From positions 186,001 to 250,000 of the IMG/VR virus record IMGVR_UViG_3300028558_000016: a DNA stretch of 64,000 nucleotides; one strand, given 5' to 3'. Position numbers and translations under genes: made by a program. Positions 28,542 to 37,699 of this stretch are shown here, piece by piece. The stretch's first letter is position 1. Every line of letters starts with the position of its first letter. Below the pieces are notes generated by a model, which had not been told where the DNA came from, searched no databases, and was given only the letters and a program-made list of their open reading frames with translations.

Positions 28542-30527
28542 ATGGCAGGAATTCAACATCTAACGGAAATATTCAAAAAGAAGGGGAAAGACTTCACTCA
28601 ATCTCTATTTGATAAGTTTGTAACAATCAACGAGAAGCTTGATGCAAGTGCATTTGGCATTGAGAAGAATTCTTCTACCAAGAAGTTGGAATTCTTTAAA
28701 AGGAATACTGAGACGCCTATTTCATTAATAGACAGAACTCTAATGAAGCTTTACGAAAAGCCAATTCATTACTTCGAGGCGTTTGATCAAGAGGTTCTCG
28801 ACAAGATACCTTCGAGATGGAGATTTGGAATGGAATATTTTGCCAACGACCATCCACAAGAAATTTCTTACGACAGACTTCCAAAGAACGGTCTCGTGCT
28901 TTCTTACATTCACGTTAAAAATTCAAATGGCAAACTTGTTAGAACCATTCAGGATAAAACTGAACTTGACCAATGGGCTGACTTGTTAGGAATAGAAAGA
29001 AGTCCAATCATATTTCAAGGAAACTTAAACGACGATCAGAAGATTCAGATAATGGATTTTCTCGATACTCCATTTGGAAAACTCGTAGACAAATTCAAGA
29101 CTGACTCATTCGTAAAATTCATCATATCGGTTTTAAATCCAAAATTGAAGAAGACCACTCTTAACGATGATTTGAACAAGAACATCGAAGGAATTGTTTT
29201 CAGGTTTGGAGACGAAGACGATAAGGAAGTAATTCTCGCAAAGATGGTTGACCCTGTGTTTGAGCTTGTTTCAAAGACCAAGGCTGAGACGAAGAACGAT
29301 GATGAGCCAAACGATATTTTCCAATTGACCGTCATTGACATGATGAATTTCATCGACAGTCTTAATTTCAAAAAGTTCCAACCTAAAGGAAAAGATCTCG
29401 AGTCAAGATATTTAAACTTCATTTCAAACGCGTTCAACGATTTCGTTGATAGGTTTGGTGACAAATACAAAGACCTTAACTTCAATGAACCTGAGTTCAT
29501 GAAGAAAAAGAATTTTGACATCAATCTTGATTTCATTAAGAATGATACAACAATCGATTTAATAAACGACAACGAGGCATATAAAAAGTTATTCAAGATA
29601 TTCTTGGCAAGCTTCAGAAAGAAAAAGAAAAAGCCAAGCGGACTATTCACAACTGAAGTCATTAAACAATTTAATGGAACTGTAGACAAGATCCATGATC
29701 ATCTTGCGCAAGGACTTGCCGTTAGCGAATCTGAAATTCCAACATTTGGAGAATTCAGATTACAAAAAGGTGGATACATGGAAGATGCAGAGTCTGACGG
29801 AGGCGTGGACGATTTTGTTGAGTTTGGTGGTAAAGTAATGGATGAAGACAAGGACGATCCAAATCCTCCACAAGAAAATCCAGAGCCAAAAGCAGCTGGA
29901 GATACTAAAGATGGAAAAGAAGAAAAGAAGAAAGAGATAATAAAAGAAAAGGGCGATAAGAAAGTAAACATCATTGTTGGAAGGTTTCAACCATTCCACA
30001 ACGGTCATCTTTCCATGGCAAAAGATTTGTATGACGTTAACAAATGTCCTACTGTCATTGTCGTTGTTCACCCAGGCCACAACAAGAGCGGACAAAGTCC
30101 ATTCACAATATCAACCATTAAAACAATGATGAGCAACCTGTCAAAGGACAGCGATGGAATCATTAAGGATTATTGCATCATAGGAAGAGGTTTCATTTAT
30201 GACGTGATAAACAAATTGAGAGAACTCAATTACGAACCTGTGTTATGGGGAGCTGGCGAAGACAGAATAAACGATTACAAGAAACAGCTCGAACTTAATT
30301 TCAAGAGAGACAATGAACTTAAGCTTGGAGATAATTTCCAGCTCGTCAAGACCGATAGATATGGAACTGGTACAGAAGTAAGAAAAGCTATATCAGACGA
30401 TAAGTTCGGTGAGTTCAAAGCACTCGTTCCTAAAACAGTTCAAGGAGTTTATACACTTCTCAGAAACGACATCGAGAATGCTAAGAGAGAAGCAGAAGAA
30501 GCAAAACAATTGAAGGCAACCCAGTAA
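28542..30527 (+). CDS. Fusion: RNA-ligase-like (KxDG-type) domain + HIGH-family cytidylyltransferase-like domain
   Basis: TINEKLDAS, IEGIVF and LAKMVD ligase-like motifs; IVGRFQPFHNGH and GAGEDR in the C-terminal domain. Confidence 0.65.
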   Translation: MAGIQHLTEIFKKKGKDFTQSLFDKFVTINEKLDASAFGIEKNSSTKKLEFFKRNTETPISLIDRTLMKLYEKPIHYFEAFDQEVLDKIPSRWRFGMEYFANDHPQEISYDRLPKNGLVLSYIHVKNSNGKLVRTIQDKTELDQWADLLGIERSPIIFQGNLNDDQKIQIMDFLDTPFGKLVDKFKTDSFVKFIISVLNPKLKKTTLNDDLNKNIEGIVFRFGDEDDKEVILAKMVDPVFELVSKTKAETKNDDEPNDIFQLTVIDMMNFIDSLNFKKFQPKGKDLESRYLNFISNAFNDFVDRFGDKYKDLNFNEPEFMKKKNFDINLDFIKNDTTIDLINDNEAYKKLFKIFLASFRKKKKKPSGLFTTEVIKQFNGTVDKIHDHLAQGLAVSESEIPTFGEFRLQKGGYMEDAESDGGVDDFVEFGGKVMDEDKDDPNPPQENPEPKAAGDTKDGKEEKKKEIIKEKGDKKVNIIVGRFQPFHNGHLSMAKDLYDVNKCPTVIVVVHPGHNKSGQSPFTISTIKTMMSNLSKDSDGIIKDYCIIGRGFIYDVINKLRELNYEPVLWGAGEDRINDYKKQLELNFKRDNELKLGDNFQLVKTDRYGTGTEVRKAISDDKFGEFKALVPKTVQGVYTLLRNDIENAKREAEEAKQLKATQ

Positions 30528-30538
30528 AATTTATTTTG

Positions 30539-31588
30539 ATGATAAAGCCGACAAAAGAAGAAATAATAGAACTTCTTAATAAGTCCTCTTTAGATGACAT
30601 GACGCTCGAAGCGGTACACAACCTTATCAAGGTTGATCCTTTGAACATCCGTTACGTCTCGGACTATTTACAAAAACTCGAATTCATAGAACACTTGAAG
30701 CTATCACACGATCTGTGCATGATGGATCATAGTGGGGTCCTTGATAGAATCATAGACAAAACAATAGTAGAGAAAGACTTTCCAAGAGAGAAGAGATTCA
30801 ACCTCATAGACCTCTGCAACTCAAAAGGAATATTGGTTGACGTTGGACTGTTTAAATACCTTCTTGATTTCAAACCCGAATCACACATTATAATTGGAAA
30901 AGGAGAAACTCTTATGAGAATTCTCATGAAGGGAGTTCCTACATTAAATGGAGACCTCGGAGCATCAGGAAAGAAATTTGAGATCAAATACAACAAATCT
31001 CGATTAAGAGGACAGACTGGGTTTGATGCAACAGATGCAACCCAGGTGGCAAAAGCTCTTGACGACTATTTCATACACGAATGCAAGGCAATAAAATTTG
31101 ATCCCACTTCATTGATAGGAACTGACAGAGGCAGATGGAATTTCGTTTCAGGTAAAAGAATAAAACCTTACCTTCTCAGTGAGATAGTAAAGCAATCCGG
31201 AATGAACCACCTTTATGCCTGCAAGATATTCGTTCAGGCCTTCAGAAAATTCTTTACCAAGATGACAGAGGATGAAGCATTGAACCTCGCGTTGTCTCTG
31301 TCAAACGAATTCAATCCAGATGGTTCCATCAAAGAACGATTCGGATACTCAGATTTCATCTACAAGATGTGTGCCTATTCAATGAAATATTATGCACAGG
31401 TTGAAGATTTTGATGGAATGCTTATCCTGAATGACAAATTCGATTGCATGTATATCACCAGGGAATTCATAGACACCAGTTCATTGGAAGTTCTATGCCG
31501 TTTCATCAGACACAACCTGGAAATAACCACTCCCAACCTCGGTTCAAAGGCAGGTCCGCAAGGTTCTTCTTTTGGTATATCCCTGTAA
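30539..31588 (+). CDS. Hypothetical protein, possible PD-(D/E)xK nuclease fold
   Basis: IGKGE...GDL...FEIKYNKSRL pattern. Confidence 0.45.
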   Translation: MIKPTKEEIIELLNKSSLDDMTLEAVHNLIKVDPLNIRYVSDYLQKLEFIEHLKLSHDLCMMDHSGVLDRIIDKTIVEKDFPREKRFNLIDLCNSKGILVDVGLFKYLLDFKPESHIIIGKGETLMRILMKGVPTLNGDLGASGKKFEIKYNKSRLRGQTGFDATDATQVAKALDDYFIHECKAIKFDPTSLIGTDRGRWNFVSGKRIKPYLLSEIVKQSGMNHLYACKIFVQAFRKFFTKMTEDEALNLALSLSNEFNPDGSIKERFGYSDFIYKMCAYSMKYYAQVEDFDGMLILNDKFDCMYITREFIDTSSLEVLCRFIRHNLEITTPNLGSKAGPQGSSFGISL

Positions 31589-31594
31589 GAAAGA

Positions 31595-31603
31595 GATATA
31601 TAC
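31595..31603 (+). promoter_or_regulatory. Putative late promoter GATATATAC
   Basis: Recurring motif upstream of 31625. Confidence 0.5.
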
Positions 31604-31624
31604 AAAAAGAATTCTCAACAACAC

Positions 31625-31858
31625 ATGGGACTCAAGAAATTTGAAGACTTCGAGCATCATCTCGCAGAAGAAGACAAGAATACATTGGCAAACGACCATG
31701 CCAATGCAAAGAAGGAACTATTGGATTCCTTTGATAAGCATGGAAAAAAATTTTATACCAAGAATCATTTAGTAGATGATAAAGGTGGAGACTTAATTGC
31801 CATCGCAACAGGCGGTGAAAAATCAGTCATCGTTAAAGTAATAGGATACGAAGTATAA
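31625..31858 (+). CDS. CTS-leader protein MGLKKFEDF (77 aa)
   Basis: Shared motif. Confidence 0.7.
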   Translation: MGLKKFEDFEHHLAEEDKNTLANDHANAKKELLDSFDKHGKKFYTKNHLVDDKGGDLIAIATGGEKSVIVKVIGYEV

Positions 31859-33774
31859 TGACTCATAGAAGCTTCATAAGTAAATCAGCAGCCTGGGATT
31901 TTATTCAATCCCAAATGAAGGCGGTCAATGAAAATTCGACCGAAGGCAAAACCATTATATGGAACAACGGATTGGACGAAAAGTCTTTATTGGACATCGT
32001 TGAGTCTGGAGCATTAAAAAAGATATTTGAACAGGAAGAAACAGTCGCAAGACAGTTTGTTATTTTGATGGGAGGACCGTCAACTGGAAAAGGTTATTTG
32101 ACCTGGTGCAAGTTCGGAGAACAATTTGGTCTTGTTAATGGAAAAATGATGAAGGATTGGCTTGACATAGATGAATTCAGCATGAAGGATATTCACGAAG
32201 GAGATTCTATATTGAGAGAGATCCAAAGAGGAATAGCAATCATAACGTTTAATAGGTTATACAATGCTTCTCTTGCAGCAGGCAAGAAAGGATTTAACGC
32301 AGCAATCAAGGAGATATTTTATACCACAAAAGACGGAAACACAAACAAGCTTTCCGATCATATAACATATCACGATTTCATGTCATACATCGCTCAGGCG
32401 CATGACCTTGGAGCAGAAGCTTCAAAATTGGCACATGAAATAAGAATAAACAAAGGAGAACTCAGAAAGATCAACAGCGATGTTGATGCTGAAGAAGAAG
32501 GAAAATCTCCAGATAAAGAAAAGGTAACAGATTTAAAAGCTAAGGCAAAGGAATTAAGATCTACTTTAAAAGACCAAAGAGGAGATTTAAAGAAGGTTGT
32601 TGGAGATCTTTATGTTGAGTCCATGCGAGACGAAGACGTATTGAGATATGATGATTTTTTAAATGAACAAGTTAAAAAAGAACTTCCAATAAAACAATTG
32701 AAGAGCATTCTCGGTCAAACGAGATCTGCTGAGCCTAAAAGCGAAGAAGCATTTGACGAATTCTTTGAGGCAACTATGTCTCAATTCTGGAAGAGCATGA
32801 GAGGTTGGAAAAATGACGGTGCTCATGGTATAGAAAGATTCAAGGATGCAGCAAGAAAAGAATTCGAGAAAGAAATTAAAGAGAAACCAGAAACGGTTAA
32901 ATCCATTCTTGGTGGAAACATCATTGTCGTTGACTCACCTGGAGAGGACGTTGCAAAGCAACCTTACGTTGGTGAATGCGAAGAAGCAGAAAAAGCTGGA
33001 TTCGTTACTAACATTATAAATCTTGAACCAAGAATTGGAGGAAGCGCATTATCATTGATGAGACTTTCCAACTTCACAAGAAATGTAGATGATGGTGATA
33101 GAATGGTTGACGACAGCGACATCACAGGTTACACTGAAAACGTTGATGAAGCAATTCATCACATACACGCACATAAATTTCCAAGAGGTCCGGTTCATAG
33201 ATATTTTCATCTCGTAAAAGATGTAGAGGATAAAGAAGCCATCACCAAGATAGTTGGTGCATTATACGGAGCTAAGAAAAACAAGGATCAATTCATATAT
33301 CCAACAGGTGTATATGGAGAAAATACATCAACTCCAAAAGATGGAGTAAGCTTCAGAGAATTAAATTCTGCCATAGACAAAGCAAAAATCAATATATCAT
33401 TGGCTACCGCTTTAAAAAACCTTCCAACATTAAAGGAATGGTGGAGCACTCACGTAAGAAAATTAATATTTGGAATAAACCCTGTCGTTCTTTATGGAAT
33501 TAAAGAAGGAGAAAACGGTTCATTCAATTTTGATTTGTCAAGCAAAGAAATTCTTGTTGGCGTCAATGCAAGATTGGCTAAGACAGACGATGAAACCGAA
33601 GAGGTGACTCATGATGACTACAATAAGATGGTTCAATCCGTTGACAAATGGACTAAGGAATATGATGAGTGGACAGACAAGGATACTTGGAACGCATTGA
33701 AGCCGGTGGTAAACATCAAGGAATCTTCCAGAGTGCTTGGTTATAATGAATATATAAAAAAATTAAACGACTGA
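31858..33774 (+). CDS. P-loop kinase-like protein (zeta-toxin/AAA_33-like) with a large helical insertion
   Basis: ILMGGPSTGKG Walker A; IIVVDSPG; EKAGFVTNIINLE. Confidence 0.6.
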   Translation: MTHRSFISKSAAWDFIQSQMKAVNENSTEGKTIIWNNGLDEKSLLDIVESGALKKIFEQEETVARQFVILMGGPSTGKGYLTWCKFGEQFGLVNGKMMKDWLDIDEFSMKDIHEGDSILREIQRGIAIITFNRLYNASLAAGKKGFNAAIKEIFYTTKDGNTNKLSDHITYHDFMSYIAQAHDLGAEASKLAHEIRINKGELRKINSDVDAEEEGKSPDKEKVTDLKAKAKELRSTLKDQRGDLKKVVGDLYVESMRDEDVLRYDDFLNEQVKKELPIKQLKSILGQTRSAEPKSEEAFDEFFEATMSQFWKSMRGWKNDGAHGIERFKDAARKEFEKEIKEKPETVKSILGGNIIVVDSPGEDVAKQPYVGECEEAEKAGFVTNIINLEPRIGGSALSLMRLSNFTRNVDDGDRMVDDSDITGYTENVDEAIHHIHAHKFPRGPVHRYFHLVKDVEDKEAITKIVGALYGAKKNKDQFIYPTGVYGENTSTPKDGVSFRELNSAIDKAKINISLATALKNLPTLKEWWSTHVRKLIFGINPVVLYGIKEGENGSFNFDLSSKEILVGVNARLAKTDDETEEVTHDDYNKMVQSVDKWTKEYDEWTDKDTWNALKPVVNIKESSRVLGYNEYIKKLND

Positions 33775-33776
33775 AG

Positions 33777-34361
33777 ATGGAATTCAACGAGAACAACATA
33801 AATGAAGCAAAGAACTTCTTAAGAGAGAAAGCATCTGGAAAGGTGTTAAACTTCAACGACTTCATATTTGAAGCAGAAGAGAACGGATATGGCCAACAGG
33901 CATTCTTCTTTGCGGTTAATGGCGACACAGCTAATTATTTCTTTAAGATCAAAGATGGTCAAGAAACACATGCTTTGGTTGTATCCATTGGAAAGTTTGC
34001 AAAAACAATTCAGCCAACAGAACAAAAGACTGACTTCGGAGTTTTAGGAATAACAACTCTAAGTGAAGACGATCTTGACCAAGCTGTAGTTGACAAAGGA
34101 AAATTCACAACAAACGAAGAGATCATTACAGCAAATGAGTCGTTCACAGGAAAATTCCTTGAGCACTTAGCTCTTATAATAGACGATTACCTTCAGAAGA
34201 ATCCTAAGGTGACTAAGTTTTATGACGAAATGCAAATGTGCTTTCAAGCACCTGATTACGATAACAAATTCTCTGTGTCATTAGCAAAATGGCCTGGCGG
34301 TAATGAAGCATGGAAATTACAAACCATGGAGAAGGGTAAATTAAACATCATCACCAAGTAA
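33777..34361 (+). CDS. Probable head-internal protein (KVLNFNDFIFEAEE)
   Basis: Leader-like motif near the N-terminus; AATATATAA at 33749. Confidence 0.65.
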   Translation: MEFNENNINEAKNFLREKASGKVLNFNDFIFEAEENGYGQQAFFFAVNGDTANYFFKIKDGQETHALVVSIGKFAKTIQPTEQKTDFGVLGITTLSEDDLDQAVVDKGKFTTNEEIITANESFTGKFLEHLALIIDDYLQKNPKVTKFYDEMQMCFQAPDYDNKFSVSLAKWPGGNEAWKLQTMEKGKLNIITK

Positions 34362-34549
34362 TGAAGCATATCAAATTATTTGAGGAATTCAAAATAGACG
34401 AAGCTGAAACAGGAGCTTATCCTGCTCCTAAGTTTGCAAGAAAGCCTGCAGCCGGTGATTCTGGTTATAATTATGTTGCAAAACAATTTGGTGCAACTCC
34501 AGCTCCTAAGAAGAAAAAGAAGAATTCAAGGACTGAAGAGTCTAAATAA
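34361..34549 (+). CDS. CTS-leader protein MKHIKLFEEF (62 aa)
   Basis: Shared motif. Confidence 0.75.
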   Translation: MKHIKLFEEFKIDEAETGAYPAPKFARKPAAGDSGYNYVAKQFGATPAPKKKKKNSRTEESK

Positions 34550-34971
34550 TGGAACACTTAAAAGATTTTAATATTTTTGAAGCAGAGACGTCAAGTTATG
34601 ATACTCCTAAATTCATAGTCAAACCTTATCCAGGCGATAAAGGTTATGAATTGACAAGAAAGAAATATCACAGATTTCTGTGGGTTCTTCCTCAACTTGG
34701 AAAAGGTGTTATCGATAAAGGAGAAAATCCTCCAGTAACTGAAGCTGCTTATGATGATACAATAGATAGAGACTCATTCAATCCAGCTGAGATCTCAGGT
34801 ATGGGAAGAGCACAGGAATTTCCAGGAGGCAAAACTCCAGGATACACTAAAGATACTGGGACTGATTATTTGCCAAGTGACAAATACGAAGATCCCGACG
34901 AGAAGAAGGCCAAAAAGTTAAAGAAGATAAAAGACTTTGAGGACTTTATAAATGGAGAAGAAACAAAATAA
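34549..34971 (+). CDS. CTS-leader protein with the motif at both ends
   Basis: MEHLKDFNIFEAE ... KKIKDFEDFINGEETK. Confidence 0.7.
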   Translation: MEHLKDFNIFEAETSSYDTPKFIVKPYPGDKGYELTRKKYHRFLWVLPQLGKGVIDKGENPPVTEAAYDDTIDRDSFNPAEISGMGRAQEFPGGKTPGYTKDTGTDYLPSDKYEDPDEKKAKKLKKIKDFEDFINGEETK

Positions 34972-34983
34972 AAAACATAAACA

Positions 34984-35379
34984 ATGATTTACGTAATCGG
35001 TTTAATAGTTGTAGCGGCAATAGCATTCGTATTATGGAAAAGCCATAAGACTGTAATGTGCAAATGCGATAAATGCACAGATGAAAATTGCAAATGCGAC
35101 GAGAACAAATGCGACGATAATTGCAAATGTCATGATGTTGCTGAAGCTCCAGTTCCATATTTGAATGGTCACAGCAAGAAAATAACAGCTGATCCTGCTG
35201 ACGAACCAACTGATTCTTGTGATACAGCAGGTCACGAACCTTGCGACACTTGTACAGATGATGAACCTAAAGCAGCTGAAGCTCCTAAGGAAGAACCTAA
35301 AAAGGAAGAACCAAAGAAGGAACAGCCTAAAAAGAAACCAGCACCAAAGCCTAAGAAAAAAGGTAAAGGTAAAAAGTAA
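34984..35379 (+). CDS. Membrane-anchored Cys-rich (metallothionein-like) protein with a P/K/E-rich tail
   Basis: N-terminal TM; CKCDKC...CKC...C...CKCH; 11 Cys. Confidence 0.65.
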   Translation: MIYVIGLIVVAAIAFVLWKSHKTVMCKCDKCTDENCKCDENKCDDNCKCHDVAEAPVPYLNGHSKKITADPADEPTDSCDTAGHEPCDTCTDDEPKAAEAPKEEPKKEEPKKEQPKKKPAPKPKKKGKGKK

Positions 35380-35816
35380 TGCTGATTTCCATTGTATATC
35401 TGCTTTGGATTCTATTTGCAATCTATGAAGGAAAAAGAGAAGCATTCTATTTTTCTTGCAAGATTAAAGCTCCACAGCAACAGGCATACAAAATAGACGA
35501 GCACGTCATGTTCACTATACAGAGGACTTTTATTGCCTCAATGGCAATTTTAGCTTGTCGAGTGGATTGGTTGAATTCTGTTTTAGTATTGTTTTCGTTT
35601 GGATTATGTTTTCCATTTTTTCACGATGGGATGTATTACTTGACGAGACATAAGCTTGATGGAATATACGTAAAGGGTTGGTTTGATCAAAGCACAACAT
35701 CGTCAGCTAAGTCTGACAAATTACATTTATTTGATCCAATACCAAGAACATTAATTTTTGGTTTGTCTTTAGGATTAATTATTTATGAAATAATAAAATT
35801 TTGGAAATGGGCATAA
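35379..35816 (+). CDS. Multi-pass membrane protein
   Basis: Several hydrophobic segments. Confidence 0.65.
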   Translation: MLISIVYLLWILFAIYEGKREAFYFSCKIKAPQQQAYKIDEHVMFTIQRTFIASMAILACRVDWLNSVLVLFSFGLCFPFFHDGMYYLTRHKLDGIYVKGWFDQSTTSSAKSDKLHLFDPIPRTLIFGLSLGLIIYEIIKFWKWA

Positions 35817-36235
35817 AGAGATACAGCGATTTCGTTAACGTCAACGAAAAAGTCGAACAATACGATTTTGAATTCCACACAGTAGTGGTTGCAAAGAACA
35901 TTGATTTCGATAATGAGCCTGTGGACAATTCTAAGGAACAATACATTGAAAAAGGAGATTTAACCATCCATTGGATAATGGATTTCGATAATAGAAAATA
36001 CGGAATCAATAGTATGGCGCCTGTGATCAAAAAGATCTCAGGATTTTATACTTTGGTCACTCCACAAGAACAAGGCAGAGATATTGAAGATGAAGTGGAA
36101 ATTCTAATGGATGAAAAATCTGATTGGAAATTCGAGAATGATTTTCAAAGCGAATTCAAATTCGGTTACTCAATTGTTCCAGGAAGCATAGAGATAGATT
36201 TCAAAGACAAGACAATCAAAATACTTTATTATTGA
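35807..36235 (+). CDS. CTS-leader protein MGIKRYSDFVNVNE
   Basis: ATG 35807; leader variant. Confidence 0.65.
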   Translation: MGIKRYSDFVNVNEKVEQYDFEFHTVVVAKNIDFDNEPVDNSKEQYIEKGDLTIHWIMDFDNRKYGINSMAPVIKKISGFYTLVTPQEQGRDIEDEVEILMDEKSDWKFENDFQSEFKFGYSIVPGSIEIDFKDKTIKILYY

Positions 36236-37194
36236 AGCATTTCCATTGCAAGTCTCGCACCAGGTATGTGAGATGTCATTGCCATGAATGCGTACAGTGC
36301 TAAAGCAAGAGTAAAGTATTGCAACACTGCCAATAATATTTGACGCAAAGTCATTATTGGTTTTTCCACCGGCTTTTCCGGTTTCCTTAAATTCGTTTTT
36401 GTTTCAGTTAGATATTTTGCTAATTCAGCAGGAATTGGAACATTTTTATCCGTATAATCTTTTTCTATCGATGCAATGTGATTCAATATTGAATAGTATT
36501 CGTTATTGAGTATCTCATCATATTTGTTTTTTCTCTTCAACAGCCAAAATTCGAGCAACAATTCTATGGTTGATAGAATGACAACGAGAATAAAAATCCA
36601 AATGTGCGCATACACTGCGAGAAATATTGCACCCACAATTCCGAGGCACATGAAGATCAATCCAACCCAAGAGTGAATAGAGAATGCAATTGATTTCATT
36701 ATACGACCACCATCAAGAGGATTTATTGGAAGAAGGTTAAAAAGATTTATCATTGCCATCCAGCTTGCTCCAGCAGCATACATTGGATTTTCCGTGACAT
36801 AGAATATAATCATCATTCCAAGCGCACAGGCAAATCCAAACACAGGTCCCATTATGGCAACAAACACTTCGTCATTCCTTGTTTTAAAGTCTTCTGACGC
36901 AACAGCCGCTCCACCCACAAATGGAATGAAATAGATTCCCTTGGTTTTTATGCCAACACGTTTCATGGCCCAAATATGACCATACTCATGGATTAAAAGT
37001 TGTACCATTAATATAAGAGAGAACTTCCATGAATACATGTAACTGTATGCGGCAAAAGATATTCCAGCCAATGCAAGCTTGGTCATCTTTGCTGATATTG
37101 AAGTCACCTTTGTTATTACTTTAAGAGATAAGATAGCGATATTCGTCATCTTACTACCAAACGATTTTGGTTTTTCTGTTGTCATTTCTGCCAT
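36229..37194 (-). CDS. Site-2 (M50 family) intramembrane zinc protease
   Basis: HEYGH, FIPFVGG, AIMGP, NLLPINPLDGGR; start MAEMTTEK at 37194. Confidence 0.9.
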   Translation of the reverse strand: MAEMTTEKPKSFGSKMTNIAILSLKVITKVTSISAKMTKLALAGISFAAYSYMYSWKFSLILMVQLLIHEYGHIWAMKRVGIKTKGIYFIPFVGGAAVASEDFKTRNDEVFVAIMGPVFGFACALGMMIIFYVTENPMYAAGASWMAMINLFNLLPINPLDGGRIMKSIAFSIHSWVGLIFMCLGIVGAIFLAVYAHIWIFILVVILSTIELLLEFWLLKRKNKYDEILNNEYYSILNHIASIEKDYTDKNVPIPAELAKYLTETKTNLRKPEKPVEKPIMTLRQILLAVLQYFTLALALYAFMAMTSHIPGARLAMEMLQ

Positions 37195-37198
37195 GCTA

Positions 37199-37206
37199 CA
37201 AATATA
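37199..37206 (-). promoter_or_regulatory. Bacteroidota sigma-ABfr -7 element TATATTTG
   Basis: Exact TAnnTTTG, 4 nt upstream of the M50 ATG (near-leaderless). Confidence 0.55.
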
Positions 37207-37296
37207 CTTAAAACTTTTAATATCTAACGAATACAACTATTGAGAATTTTTGTAGATTTGTTTGAGTATATAGATACTGATAGTTCTTTGATTTAT

Positions 37297-37696
37297 GGGA
37301 CCGAACGGTTTTGACAGTAATCCCTTAGTGGGTAAGCACGTCGTGCCTTGTATGTGTAGCACGTTAAAGCAAACATTCACAATTTTGTAAACGGCAACGT
37401 AATTACAAACGAAGTTGGCTCAAAAGCTGACGTATTAGCAGTTTTAAAAACAGTTAAGGCTAAGCCTTCTGTTGCTCAAGTTGAAGAACTTGAGATTGCT
37501 TAATACCCTACGGGTTCACCGCAAACTCTTCAAACCTGAGAAAAGCATAAGACGCTAAGGTACAATCCGCGTGAATGCAAAGTTGATCTCGAACTCATCG
37601 AGGTTTAGTTTGAGGAATTATAAAAATTCCATCTAAACGTGTAGAAAATCTATTATTGTTTTTATTTGGACCCGGGTTCGAATCCCGGCGGTTCCA
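37297..37696 (+). ncRNA. ssrA: tmRNA
   Basis: Acceptor stem GGGACCG/CGGUUCC with G3-U wobble; GUUUUGAC D-region; T-arm CCGGG-UUCGAAU-CCCGG; discriminator A; internal tag ORF. Confidence 0.92.
37393..37503 (+). CDS. tmRNA tag frame GNVITNEVGSKADVLAVLKTVKAKPSVAQVEELEIA*
   Basis: UAAAC directly before a GGC resume codon; 36 codons then TAA. Confidence 0.7.
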   Translation, partial: GNVITNEVGSKADVLAVLKTVKAKPSVAQVEELEIA

Positions 37697-37699
37697 CTG

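Noticed and set aside
37297-37696. tRNA-Ala gene
   Set aside because: The acceptor halves are 400 nt apart around a tag ORF and there is no anticodon arm, which defines tmRNA
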